A DNA stretch of 64,000 nucleotides, from NCBI RefSeq assembly GCF_030144855.1, contig NC_082734.1, positions 12,400,001-12,464,000 of the forward strand, given 5' to 3'. Below, one piece after another: positions 24,698 through 38,587 of this stretch (within the stretch, counting starts at the first letter, position 1; each line of letters starts with the position of its first letter). This DNA comes from Hypanus sabinus (taxonomy: Eukaryota). The notes under the pieces were generated by a model. That model was not told the DNA's origin, made no database searches, and saw only the letters and a list, made by a program, of their open reading frames with translations. Position numbers and translations under genes: made by a program.

Positions 24698-27600
24698 TCT
24701 CAAACAAAATTCCACTTCCCATTCCCATATGCCAGTCCATGGCCCCCTCTACTGTCGCGACCGGGCCACACTCTGGCTGGAGGGGCAACACCTTATGGGT
24801 CTGGGTAGCCTCCAACCTCTCGGCATGAACATTGCTTTCTCAAACTTCCTTGCCCCTCCTTCCCGTTCCTGTTTCCTTCTCTCACCTCATCTCCTTACCT
24901 GCCCGTCACCTACCTCTGGTGCGCCTCCCTCTCGCCTTTCTTCCATGGCCTTTCTATCAGATTCCCCCTTTATCTTTCACCAATCGACTCTGTCAGCTCT
25001 TAACTTCACCCCCCTCGCTCTCCTAGTTTCACCTACCACTTTGTCCCCTCCCCCCTTTTATTCTGGCATCTTCCCAATTCCTTTCCAGTCCTGATGAAGG
25101 GTCTCCGCCCAGAACGTTGACTCTTCACTCTCTTCCATGAATGATGTGTGACCTGCTGATTTTCTCCAGCATTTTGTGCGTGTTGCTCGGGAAGATATGT
25201 CCATACCCCGTGCTCCTCCCAATCATGGTGACTGAAAGTTGGCAGCCTCACATTTAATCTTTCCCTCAGGAATAACCAATGTCTCACAAGCTATCCATAT
25301 TCCTTACCCGGGCCCACAGGAAAGTGTAGTTATGGTATATCGGGATCTGCATTGCAATTGGCCTGGTATTTAATTATAGTTTATTAGTATGTATCTATCA
25401 CACATCATTGTACCTTCAAACATCTGAGCAGTACCAACCAGGCAAAGGTTTACAGGCTGATGGAAATTGGGAGCTCTATTGTTCATTTTGGCATCCAGAT
25501 TACTAAGAAAATCAATCACTGTTCTGCTCCACATTAATTATCAGTGAGGTAAACTAAAGGCAGAGTGATATCTTGCTAGGATTGCCTCTTTCCTCCCTCC
25601 CAACATAATGAAATGGTTTGTCACAGTTCAGACATGATGATAGTGAGTTGTTAATGCTGTCCAGAGAACTAAATATCATTGTGGCAGTTGTTACACCTTC
25701 TTGGTTCTCAATTGTAATCTTTATATTGCAGTGCCTTTGCCTGCATTTGATTCAAAGTGAGTTAGTTATCTTTAAACGATGCTTGGATCCTGGCATTAAC
25801 CGTGGGTATACTTGCTGCAAAAGGACCAAGCCACAAGATTTCAAAGCATGACTTCAGTTTTCCAGCTTTTCCTGTCAGTAAAAAGAGGGTCAGTCATGGT
25901 GCTGGACAAATATGCTGACCAGAAAGCTGAATGTTAAATGCTTTCCTGCCACTGTGGCTGTGCTTTGTAGAAATCTTGACCTGTTGGACTGCTGGCCTTT
26001 TCAGCCAGATTTAGCAATGCTGTGTAGAAGGGTGGCTGGCCAGAACCCTGTGCAAAGGTGGATTTCTGTTCCAGTGCCATAAGATAACGACCCTAGAACA
26101 GTCCCCGCACTCTATGGTCAATGATGATCTTTGTCAAGAGCGTGTTCAATTCGATTGGTGCGGTGGGGGCACTGAACTCGTCCACGTGGTCTGTAAGCCT
26201 GGTTCCATTGTGCAAGACCTTTAGGATCAGACAATGCTGTAAAATCACAAAAATCCTGCATGTTTCTAATCAATCACCAAAAGGATCCAAGGAGCATCTG
26301 CAACATTGGACTTTATGGTAGCCGTATCTAAAGTTCAAAATAAATTATATTATCAAAGCACATATATATCACACAACCCTGAGATTCATTTTGCATACTT
26401 AGCAAATGTATAGAATAGTAGCTATAAACACAATCAAATAGAGTATAGGATACAACAAACTGTGCAAATGCAAATATAAATAAATAATAAGAGCAAGAAA
26501 TAAGATGTAAAAATCCTTTAAGTGAGATCATTGGTTGTGAGAACATCTCAATAGTTAAGGGTAGTTATCCTCTTTTGTTCCAGAGCCTGATGGGTGAGAG
26601 ATGGTAACTGTTCTTGAACCTGGTGGTACGAATCCTGAAGCTCTTGTATCTTCTACCTGATGGTGGCAGAGAAAAGAGCATGGCACAGTGAGGATCTTTG
26701 ATGATGATGATCCTTTTTTACGACAGCATTTCACGTAGTCATGCTCAATGGTTGGGAGGCCTTTACCTGTGTTGTACTTAGCTACGTACCTTTTGTAGGA
26801 TTTTCCACTCAAAGGCATTGGCGTTCCCATGCCAGGCTGTGATGCAACCAGTCGATACCCTCTCCACTACACAGCTAAAGTGTCAATGTTTTTAATATTT
26901 CCTCATATATAAAAAGCCAGTGTTCCTGGTGCTTGCTGCCCTCTCTGCATCAGTGAAACCCAATACAAATTGGGGGGGGGGGCACCATTTTGTTGAGCAC
27001 CTTTACTCAATCCGCCACAGAAGGGAGGATCACCCTGTGGCCACTCATTCTGGCATGTCAGTTCATGGCCTCCTGTACTGCCATGATGAGACCAAACTCA
27101 GGTTAGGTTACCTCATGCTCCATCTGCAGAGCCTCCAACCCGATCGCATACACATTGATTGCTTTTACTTCCAGTAATTCCACCCCCCACCACCTTTTTT
27201 CTGAATTCCTATTCTGATTATCCCTTCTCTTCTCACCTATCTATGACCACCATCTGGTTCACCCCCCCCCCCCCCATGATCATAGTCCTCGCCTACTAGA
27301 TTTCTCCTTCAGCTCTTTACCCCTACCACACCCAACAGCGCCAGCTATCAGGGCTTAGGTGCTCTAACTCTCTGGAATATGGATAGCTGGCATGGCCTTC
27401 AAGGATTCAGGACCATCTTTTCAATTGGCAATGTTTTGGCAACAGGATTTCAAAGGAACACTTGAACAGAGGCTCAATCATTTGCTCTTCTTGGATTCTT
27501 ATCTAGCATCAAGTCTTGCATTCTGTGTTTGTTTCAGTCTTGATTCCAGCCTCGGATACTCCGGCACTTGGGTCCAACCATCCTCACTTAGGTCTCTAGT

Positions 27601-30542
27601 CACACCGCCACCAAACTTCTTACTTCAACCCCCTCCTCCCTCACTTATCATCTTCCTCCTCTCCCCTACCTTCTTATTCTGGCTTCTTCCCTCTTCTTTT
27701 CCAGTCCAATGTCGATCGTTTATTCCCCTCCATAGTTACCGGACCTATGGAGTTCTTCCAGCATTCTGTTTTGCTGAGAGAGAGCATCTAGTTGCCAATG
27801 TCTTGCTGTAGTTTTCCAGAAGAAGTCTCCCCCAGAGATCTGTTTAGAAGCTTCACTACTATCCTGAAGAGACTACATTGTTTTGTTGTGCTTCCTGAGA
27901 CTCTGATCTCAGTTTGGTGAAGATCCTACCACAGAAACTATACCAGCTTAATTCTACGCACCAACAGCAAAGGGTTTCAGGTTCATGTTTTTATGTCATG
28001 TCAGAAATCCACCATCGGGCCAGACAAAATAATGAACTCACTATTCTCTCCCAGCTCTGCATGAGATAAACTTGTCCTTTGATAAAGAGTAGGGGGTTCA
28101 TGCCACAGACCCCTACCATTAACCGAGGGGTCCATGCACCCCCTTGATAAGGAGGGCTTGGATAGAGATTTAGTTCTGAACTCTCCTGGGTGAGAGTTAA
28201 ATGAGTTATTGGGCTGGCCCAACTGTCTCTGACTATATTTTCTAGTGCAACACTACACTGAATAGAATACTACTACCCCTCTAAATAAACTAGTGGTGAG
28301 CTTAAGTAGTAGTTGCAGTGAATTTTAATTGATACACATAATATTTTACCATAGAGCTGTACAGCACAGAAACAGGCCCTTCAGCCCACAATATTTATGC
28401 TGTAGAACACACCTATAAATACTAATCCAATTTTCTTGCATTAATTCCATATCCCTATGTGCATCATTCATTTAAAATACCTGTCAATGTACCTTTTCAT
28501 TGAGAACTAATTGCTCCCAAGATCACAGAGCAAAGGGTGAAGGTGTACGTCAGGCTGGTTGTGTCACCTGGCAGGGATGGAGTTGCTGGGAGACAATAGT
28601 TGACAGAGGCAGGATGGTTCAGAGATTCCTTTCAATCTTTAAATTGAGATACGGTGCAGAATAGGCCCTTCGAGCCAGACTGCCCAGCAACGCCCGACTT
28701 AACTAAGCCCAATCATGGGACAATTTACAACGGCCAATCAAACTACCAACTGGTAGGTCAGTGCCCGGAAAATATGGGCAAAGAGAGAACATATGGGAAA
28801 TGAACCCGGGATGCTAGAACTGTAAAGAATTGTACTAACCACTATACCAATCACTGCCCCAGGAATTCCTACCCCTGTTTACAGCCTAGAGATACTTTTG
28901 ATTGCAGTTCCCAGATACTCGTTATCAGGGATTCCTGATTGATATTCATCAGGCAGGAAGTCAGTACTCAGTACCTGATTCAGTGTAATGAAAAGGGTCC
29001 TTTCCTAAGGTACTCAACCATCTGCCCTCAAAAGGTACAGGACTGGCTCCAGGGAGAGTCAACACTTTAAGTAACTGTACTTAGAGGAGAGTTTGCACCT
29101 TCAGTGAAAATCTGTAGTTTAGAGTCAGCAGCATCCAGAGGGTCAGGAACTGTACCTCAGAATCAGCATCCTCAAGAACCACATTGGGTGGAAAGCTAAA
29201 AATTTACAGGTGAACAAATATATTAATTGGGAGCAGGAAATTCACTCACACAAGGGGTTCTGCAGATGCTGGAAATCCAGACTACGTGATGCCAGAGAAA
29301 CTCAGCAGGTTCAAACAGCAGTTATGGAGAGTGAGTGAGTGTCTTGGTACAAGGAATGCATTTGTGACAGCATGTATGTAAAATTATTTTTAGAGAACAT
29401 TTTAAATAATTTTGGACATTTATAACTCACAAAGACAATTTAAAAACCTTCAATATATGATTTTCTTTTTTTGCCTTTCTGGGAGTAACATGCACACACT
29501 CAGCACTTCAAGAACAGGTTCTTAGCCTCCACCATCTGCTTTCTAAATGGACATTGAAACTAAGAACACTATCCCACTAGTTTTTTTAAATTTCTGATCT
29601 TTGCACCATTTATTTTAACTTAACTCTTTAATAGACATATATACTTCACATAATTCAGTTTTCCTCTCTTTATTTATCCTGTCCTTCATGCACTGCTGGC
29701 ATAAAGTTAACAAATTTCACAACATATGTCAATAATATTAAACCTGATTCCGAGGACTGCCACTTTTATTAGCTGTAATGGGAGTGTAGGATTAGTGTCT
29801 TTTAGTGCAATAGCTTATGGGGTGAAGCTGCTTACAAGAAGGCAGTCTTCAGTGGTCTCAGATGGCTTGACCAGACCATCTTCTTGTTATTAAATCGCTA
29901 GATTGTGATGATTACAGTCTGCCAATACTTCATGAATCACAATGCCACCCTCCACATCCCTTTCTGCCAGGACTGGTGTGGACAGGGAGCTTGAAGCTAT
30001 GTTTTGCTTTGCTGCTGCTGAAGTTCATTGAACACCCTCAAACCCAGGGATTCCCAAACTGGGGTCCACAGACCCCCCTCAGTTAATGACATACAAAAGG
30101 TTGGGAAAGATGTACTGAAGGAAGTGGGGAAATCGAAGCTCAACTTTAAAAGCCTGACTTATCTCTGAGAAGCTGCTAGAAAAGTTACTACCTGTTCAAG
30201 ATCAAGAATATGCCACACATTATTGAATTATGATCATTTTTAATAAAACCTGAAAAAGCTAGGATCAAAATTTTATTGAAATTATTGCAAATGTCTGTAA
30301 TGTTTTGTGCCCAGAGGTTCCACTCCACAAGTGATCCGAGCCCATGGAACACAGGTGCACGTATGTAAAGTTCTCCTGCTCAAGTGCACAAACCTGTTAA
30401 ATCCTGTTTTTCAAAATAGATTCAGCTATGGATGTTTGTTTCTGTGCACAGTTTCTAGTGTTAGGCTGTGAGCGTGGCATTCACTCAGGTTTATTCTGCA
30501 CCGGTGGAGTGTGGCACCCACACCAGGCTTCAGAGCAAAGGG

Positions 30543-32318
30543 TTCCAGGTTTGAATCCAACCGGCTCCTTAAACGAGTTCCACTGGGTTGAGCTTCGACC
30601 TAGCAACTTGGCCGCCTAAACAGACAAACGTTAAGGAAATGGCAAGGTTGCCACCTAAGCACAGGGAGGAATTTTACCTTTTTAAAAATAAAAACCATAC
30701 ACACGCAAAAACAGGGTGTTGAAACTGGAGGCGTGGGTTGCTGCTTCTGCTCACGACTCTGCTCTCTGCAGCGCTGAAACCTTGTCCTGTTCTGGCTGCT
30801 TCAGGCTTTATATCTGCAAGCCCCATGACGGTTTTCCCAACTGTGTAATGAACTGAGGCAAAGGGCCTGCCCTGGGCCTCGTGTCTGCTGCCTCACTTTA
30901 ATTCCAAAAGCCACTGTTTGCTTTTATCGTTCACACGTTATCGTTCACTCCTCTCTCTGTGCACTGGCTGTTGATCTTTGTAATTGGGTTCTTGTTTTGT
31001 GGCTGCTTGTAAGCAGATGAATCTCAAGGTTATATAATTTGTACGTTCTTTGATAATAAATGTACTTTGACTCACTCTAGTGGTGATCTTGTATGAATGT
31101 CACAGGTATCATGTAATACTTCTCACAGTTCAAGAGTATGACAATTTCACTGGCCCAGTGTTTGTTTAAATTTTGCCAAAGTTCAAGTCCATCTGTTGAA
31201 TTGATGTTATTTTCTTCTTTCCTGAAATAACAGAAAACGGATGTGACTGAAAACACCTCCATCTGAACAGCGTATCACTTGAACAAATGCCTTTGCCGTT
31301 AGCACTTTCATGTTTGTGTAATTGTTCTCTTCAACAGAATAAACAATAAAATGTGCTTTTAAAGTATTGCAAACGCAAACATGTTAGATTGATTCCCAAT
31401 GTGTGATGTTGCAACTAATTGGGCCTGAACTGATTCAAGGTTGAGTTGATTACAAGTGAAAATCCAGGCTTAATTTTTACAGCAGCTTTGTATCTGATCT
31501 ACAATAAATGTAGTTTCTGCCCGTTATTCCACTGGTATTTAGGGCAGCAATGAAGGTCCTCCATCTCCGATGATGTTCAGGGTCTCCTTCAGTGTGGCAG
31601 TAGCTTCCTCCCGGTTTTCAATACTGTCAGTCATGCAAGTGAGACTTGGGAATACCATTACACCCAGATGTGGAAGGATTCTTCATGGCTGTTTCCATAA
31701 CTATTTTGTTTTAACAGTCAGGGTCGTTAGCCCTGAGCTGAACCCCTGAACCTGGAGGACTGGTGGACCACTCTGAGTCTGGCCTCTACCTTTTGACCTT
31801 TCTCATGGATGACCAAACCAAGAGCCAAAGCATAAAACCCTGACTCCAACCAACATAGCTGTCTGGGTCATTGAGGCAGGCAAGCCTCTAGCTCACAAGG
31901 TTGTGGTCATCTTAGGAGGATCTTGCACTAACGCATGACTCAGATCGTTCGTATTTGTGTTTTGTTTAAAACCCATGGAACAACAATTGAGCTCATTCTT
32001 TGGAACAAGACATTTTGCGGTGTTGAGCCCTGGGGCAATCTGATCACTGGTATTGAACAAATCCATTTATTATTAGAGGGTGGAGGCTTTGTGTATCTGC
32101 ACCAAGTGTCTGGCACTTGTAGACAGAAGTGGCCCTCCAGTCTCAACACTGATTTTGAGTGTGTATGCTTTTTATTTTTTAAAAAAAGGTAAAATTCCTC
32201 CCCGTGCTTAGGTGGCAACCTTGCCATTTCCTTAATGTTTGTCTGTTTTAGGCGGCCAAGCTCAACCCAGGCACAAGTGGAACTCGTGCAAGGAGCAGGC
32301 CGGATTCGAACCTGGGAA
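30543..32318. repeat. Inverted pair, ~190-bp arms (30543-30731 / 32134-32318): SINE-like element plus flank
   Basis: TTAAGGAAATGGCAAGGTTGCCACCTAAGCAC..GGAGGAATTTTACCTTTTT and its reverse complement; B-box GGTT(T/C)GAATCC. Confidence 0.82.
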
Positions 32319-33069
32319 TGGTTTGTGGCACCATAAGATAATTAACTCCCCAGCCATTTCTGCCTTCATTACCCTGAGATTCAAAGTACATTTATTATCA
32401 AAGTCTGTTTGCAGTATACAACCCTGAGATTCGTCTTCCCTCAGTGTACACGTAATTTGCCATAACCAAATTTGTTTAAATCAGAGAGACAATTGCACAG
32501 TACAATGGCAACACCTCCACTCCAGGCTTATTGCACCTTATGAAGGGTCTCCATCCCAAAGTATGGACTGACCTGATGATTTCCTCCAGGATTTTGAATG
32601 TTGATCCAGGGCTCCAAAATTTACAGGCATCATCTTCTTCTGATTTTTAATAGTGGTTGGCAGTCCATCTTAATGGAGCATTACTGCCACCAACTGGACT
32701 GGAGTGTGGTGTAGCGAATTGGGGAAGAAACCCTTTCTACTTCTCTTTCAAATAAAAGTTCCATTACCCCGGAAAGCCCTATGTAATGAAATTCAATCCT
32801 GTGTATTAGTCATTCCCATTAGATTTTTTTTAAAAGAAAACTATCAATCCCCAAGGACTGTAATGAAGCCTGCATTTGATCTTTTAACCTTGTATGCTTC
32901 ACACTGTAGTATGTTGAAATCTTTCATAATGATGAAAGAAACCTTCACAGCCCAGAGTGTTTTCCAACAAGATACGAGGAATAATTAAGCACAGAATGCC
33001 CAATTCTAAGTCATGACAAAATATTTCCTTCCCTCCTTGTTTTACCCTTTTCTCACATAAATGCAAGTT

Positions 33070-33400
33070 TTATATGTATTCTGTAAAGGTGTCTCACCTT
33101 ATGCCCATTAACCCACAAATCTGGAAATTTTACCACCTTCATTTCAAAAATTTGACCATAAAATTTCAAGTATAAATATTAATCCTCTTTGTAAGGCACA
33201 ACTTGTTATGAGTTTTAGCTGAGAGCTTTAATCCCCAACCATTTGCCCACTGTTTGAACTTATTATTTGCTAATTGCATCCTATATATGGTAACACTGAA
33301 ATTTCTACCTCTAATCCATAAAGCTCCATCATCTGCATATGGTGATTTACCCATCCCAGAGGAAATGCCATTAATCATATGTGATGCCCACACTATGGTG
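33070..33400 (-). mobile_element. Non-LTR retrotransposon RT fragment (I/Nimb-like)
   Basis: MING..MGKSPYADDGALW..QWANGWGLKLS.KT contains the RT YADD motif. Confidence 0.65.
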
Positions 33401-34235
33401 CATAACAAGTTGGGCTCGCTAGCTATCTCTGACTAATGGCCACGGGACTCAACAATGCATGGGCAGTGGTGAGACAGCTATCTCCAATAAACAACACATC
33501 TGGGGTTGGTATGCAACACAAACGGGAAAGTTGGAATGTTCTGTCAAGGGAACAGAAATTATGGTGAATGCTGTACAAATACAGCCCCATTGAAGAGTTA
33601 TTGTTTGTCAGGAAAAAAACAAAACCTACACCAGCATAAACAAAGTGTAAGTATCTTTACAGAAACAGTTAACAGAAAAGGGCCCATTAGTTACAATGTG
33701 CACATAAACGGTGGAGCTCATTGCTGGGTAGTCAGGTGTTTTGTTCTAATTACTCACAGCACTGAATCCACGTACTGCGTGAAAGGCACCAGCCACGATC
33801 TGAATTTTCCTTGAAGTCCATAACAAACACACTGGCTAGCTCAGAAGTAGTATCGGCACTTCCTCCATGGAGCCATTTGTCTGCACAAAGAATTTCTTAC
33901 AACGGTGTCTGCCCTTTGGGCGGGTTCCACGAGTGTCCTCCATCGTGCTTCCCTCCGCACCTCACTTCTTCCCCAAGTGCCGCAGAAGAGCTCCTAGAAA
34001 CTGGATGCAGCCGGTCTCCCTCGGATATTCCGTTGCATTCCACTCGGGAGATCATCATCAAGGCAAACCCGACCGGCTGATACAACATTTCTAAGCTAAT
34101 CAAATGACTCAAAGTGAAACACTGGACTGTAAAATTTGATTAACATTGCGTTTTACAAAAATCCACAGAAAATAAAACACCCAACAGCATAACTGTAGTA
34201 ATACAATAAAACATGTTCTTAACCAGGGTATTACA
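33401..34235 (-). repeat. 3' LTR of the Gypsy element (left boundary approximate)
   Basis: Adjacent to the PPT; shares blocks such as GGAGCTC.TTGCTGGGTAGTC, ACTGGACTGTAAA and GTAATACAATAAAACATG with the 5' LTR. Confidence 0.72.
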
Positions 34236-37200
34236 TTCTTCCCCCCCCCCCCACCAAAATTAGTCATGTCTTCATGATATTGTAAGCCTTTAGAACTTAT
34301 TCAATCTATTATTAACAACACAGTACTTGTTCTAACTAACATCAAGTTATGTTTCCACCTATGCTCCGAGAGTATTCAGGGTGCGACTAAAGCATTCAAG
34401 TGAATTGTGAGAATACAAGGTTCTCCAATCTATTTGTAAACGGAATTAACACATCTTGCCATTGGGACTGATACAACACTGTTTCTCAGATGCATCATAT
34501 GCAGCCTCTCTGAAGGTTTCCTGAATCTGAGACCAATCTCAGTGTCTTTGGTCTCATCCTCTCCCTGTAACTGTTCACATTTACCTCGGGATGCCCTACC
34601 CTGACTGTTACTCAGTTCCTCCTACACCCCCCCAACTGAACTCAGCTTAATCTCCAATTATATTTACGCCAAATTCCCCTTTGCTGTCTACTATCACGCC
34701 TGCCTGTCCAATGGTTGTCCTCCCCACTATGTCCAGGTCTGGACGGGAAGATTCAGACATCTTGTCATGGCAAGTTTGCATAAGGCAAGGCACACCACAA
34801 TCTAATTCTTCCTCCTCAATCTGTACAGCATTCAGTGGGTTCTTCCGGTTTCACTTCGGGTCTTTCCACTGAAATCACACTGTCTGCCTTTTCCTCAGCC
34901 TGTTGCCTTTCTTTTCTCCTTCTCCTTTGCAGAGTTCTTTTACTAGGTGTAGGCGTCGTGTCGGCCCTTGGGTCAACGTGCACTCCCTGCCCCAGAGGTA
35001 AATGATGATTCCAAGGGAGACTTTTGATAGGACCATTCCTACCTCCTGGCTTCAACCGGAAAACTGGCTAATTTGGCATCTGGCTCCGGCTGGGTAGAAA
35101 TCCAGCAGTCAGCCAACCTGTTGGCCCAAATGTCTTAACAGAACTATCTCCAGGCATCAGTTGAAAGAACTTGAACTTTTGATTATATCTCTTCTTGTTT
35201 TGTTTGATAGTTGAAACTGCTGCTAGCTCAAACTTTTTGCAGTTCTCTCCACATCATATTTGAGATACATCTTCTGCGGCAAGTCCTCATCGGTGGTCCC
35301 AAAGCAAAAGATCCACAGATAATCTTGCTTCATTTCCAAAACTGAAATAGTACGGCGGGTAGCCAGTGGCTTAATTCTGAGTACAGTTGTAGCAGTGTAC
35401 CAAATATCCCATATGCTGGCTCCAGTTACTCTTTTTGTTGGCATCCACAGTTCCAGTCGTGTCTAGCAATGTCCTGCTGAATCTTTCAGGCTGAAGATCA
35501 CTTTGAGGGTGATATGGTATAGTCCTCAACTTTGATTCCAAACATGTTCAGTAACTTATTTATGAGCCAACTTCCAAAAATCCCTTCCCCGATCACCGTG
35601 TGCCCTTCTTGGGAGGCCATAACGAATAACATATTTGTCCCGTAACATTTTTGCAACTGTGGATGGTCTCCGATCCTTTGTGGAAAAGGCTTGAGCACAT
35701 CAGGTGTAGTCAGTGATGACCAAGACATTCGCAGCATTATTGGAATCAGGCTCGATGGAAAGGAAATCCAAGCACACTAAATCAAGTGGTCTCGTGCTTT
35801 GGCGATGAGACAAGGGAGCAACTCTTTTCGGTAGCGTCTTACTCCGAATACAAAAGATGCACAACTTTGTCTTCAGGCTTCACCTGTGGCCAAAGAACCA
35901 ATCTCTGACCAATCCGTCGGTCTTCTCAAATTCCAAATGACCTGAGCCATCATGAAGTGACCTCAGTACAATCTTCTGTTACTTCTCAGGCAAAACCAAC
36001 TGGGACATAAAGTTATATAGAACTTAGTTCCTCAACTCCAGTTTGTCCCACTCCCTCATCAGTAGGGTATTGTGTCTTCTCAATTTTGGCCATATCTTCT
36101 TTGACAGCAGATGACCAGATGTCACCTGTACAAGGTCTTGCTGTGCTGCTGACAATTCAGCAGGACTCAAGGCGGGCAACTGCTTCATATTCAGCACGGT
36201 CAGGTTGCAATAGGCTTGTGGAATGGCATGGCTAGAAGCTTCTGAATGATCAACAGCTCTCTCAGGCCATAGTCTTTGCTCCGATTTTCCAACTGTGCAA
36301 AGCTGGCACATTGCTTTAACACCAAAAGGCAGGTTACGTCCTCTCACTCTCTGTCCGTTGCTGGCTTCCAGGCATGTATTCAAGGCTGAAATCATACACA
36401 GAAAACACTGCCAACCAGCAACCTGATTTTGCCAAGATCAAAATACAAGTTAGTTGATTGTTGTCGGTCCTCACCTTGAACTTGGCATCTTATAGTCACC
36501 TAATTCATCTACCACTGCCAGAAACTCCAATTTGTACACAGCAGGGTGGTTCCACTCACATGGTGACAAACTCAGGCTGATGAAAGCAACACATCTCAAC
36601 TCTCTACCTTGGCCTCGATATAAAACGCCGCCTAATCCTTCACGGCTTGAGTCTGTGTGCAGTACATACAGCAAAGGCAGCGGTCAACTGTCGACTCTTT
36701 TCCATAGGTGCTGCCTCCCCGAGTTCCTCCAGCATTTTGTTTGTGTTGCCTGGATCTCCAGCATCTGCGATTTTCTCATTTGTCTCCAAGATCTGAGACA
36801 CTGAACCAGTTTACTTCGCTCCGGTGACCAGAGTATCCTGTTCAGTGTTGATAATCAACACACACACACACCTTCCCATTCTTCTTCCTCACCACCATTA
36901 TGGGCGATGCATAGGGACTTCTCGACTCAGAGATAATTCCAGCTTCAATGGTGAATGCGTCAAGCGCCTGTTGTAAAAGGATTTGTGAAGTAACTTGAGA
37001 ACCTGTATCAAGTATGGGTCTAGCATGCTTTCAATCTGTACGGTGACATCAGAACTTGGCCTCACTAACCATTCAGGAATGGGATTTTGCAGCTTTGTAC
37101 ATCGCTTGATACACTGATTGGAACATATTCTCTCTGGGATGCCAGGCCATTCCCTTACTGGGTGCCTCTGAAATTTCCTGTCTTCTTTTTCTGTTTGAGC

Positions 37201-38587
37201 AACCTCTGGGTCACTTTCCAGTGGTTTTCCAGTTCTACACACTCCTGCTTGAAATGTCCATCCTCTCCGCAGTTGTAACAGAAAACACCAGTCGTCCTCC
37301 TGGTCAAAAGGCCCCTTTCGGCAGCATTCCTCTGCTTAGCAAGTCCCACAGGCAGGCTGGGTTTCCTAGTGGAGGTGCCATGTTCAGCTGCAGTAACAGA
37401 AGGCATCGACTGAAATAATGTGGCTGGTTTGGTTCTCATTTCATTTTCAGAAACCTCTGCTTCAGGAGCTACAACTGAAGACATTACCCGACTATCGCAT
37501 TTCTCAATCATATTTTCCTCCTCTCTCACTTCTCCAATTAACTCAACAAAAGACGGAGGAGGGCGCATCTTGCAGGTTACTCGAATTTGTCGAGCAATCA
37601 AGTCGTGCTTCAGCGCACCCCTCCGACTTGCTCCATCCTCAAACGATTTATCTCAGCCAGTCGAACGGCCCCTTTACCGCACAAACGATTCAGCTGTTTC
37701 TCTAACCTAAAAAGGTAGTCGAAAAGCCTCTCTCCTTCCTCCTGGAATGTGTGCCTAAACTTCATCATGAGGTCAGCTGAAGTGTCTTCTGGTACTTGCA
37801 TATAGTTAGCTGACATGACTAAAGGATTTCCTGCCTTTAATAATCTCTCTATATCAGCGGCCGCCCCTTTTAAACTCTGTCAATCTCTGCTTTTCCTTAT
37901 CATCTGAGCACTGCCATCCATCCAGTAACTGGGCTACCTGCTCCACACAAGTTTCTTCCCCACTGGGTGTGCCTCCAGTCCAAGAAGCATGCTCAACCCA
38001 CCATAGATTAGGCATTTATCGAACAGTGATGTAACAGCCAAAACCCGCTCAGAATTTACATCAGCAGCTGAGGGGCCCATTAGACTTCTCACATCAGACA
38101 AGGTCTTCCCCTCACTCCGCAGAAAAGCGAAGAATTTGTCTTTTAAAATCTTCATCCTCACTTCCATTCTCGCCAACTCTAAAGATACGGACTGACCGTA
38201 GCCCCGCCTCTCCAGGTAACCCTACCCTATCGGGCAGCGCGATTTCAGTTACGTCATTGGCGGTTTGCACTAACGCCACACCTTTACCAACTGAGTCATC
38301 AAAACGCCGATCAATCAGTGTGACTTTCCCCAACACTTTCACAGAACTCAACGTCCTATATAACATCTCATCAGTAACTCGGGCAGAAATCCCGCTCAAG
38401 ACACATGCATTTCGAGTGGATAATCCCTTCTCATAGCACCAGAGCTTGATCTCCGCGGCATCCATATTACAAAACTTTGATTATGACGCACCTTAAATTC
38501 CACAAAGCACTAGCTTACACGCAAATACACCGCTTATTCAATCCTTACACTATACAGCATTTCATCCCAGAACGAAGCCCTCAAAAA

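Noticed and set aside
26121-26175. Possible box C/D snoRNA (ATGATGA...CTGA)
   Set aside because: Only 55 nt, with no terminal stem, no recognisable rRNA guide and no evident host intron.
37155-38465. Domesticated PNMA host gene
   Set aside because: Multiple frameshifts and stops, and it is embedded in LTR, PBS and pol remnants.
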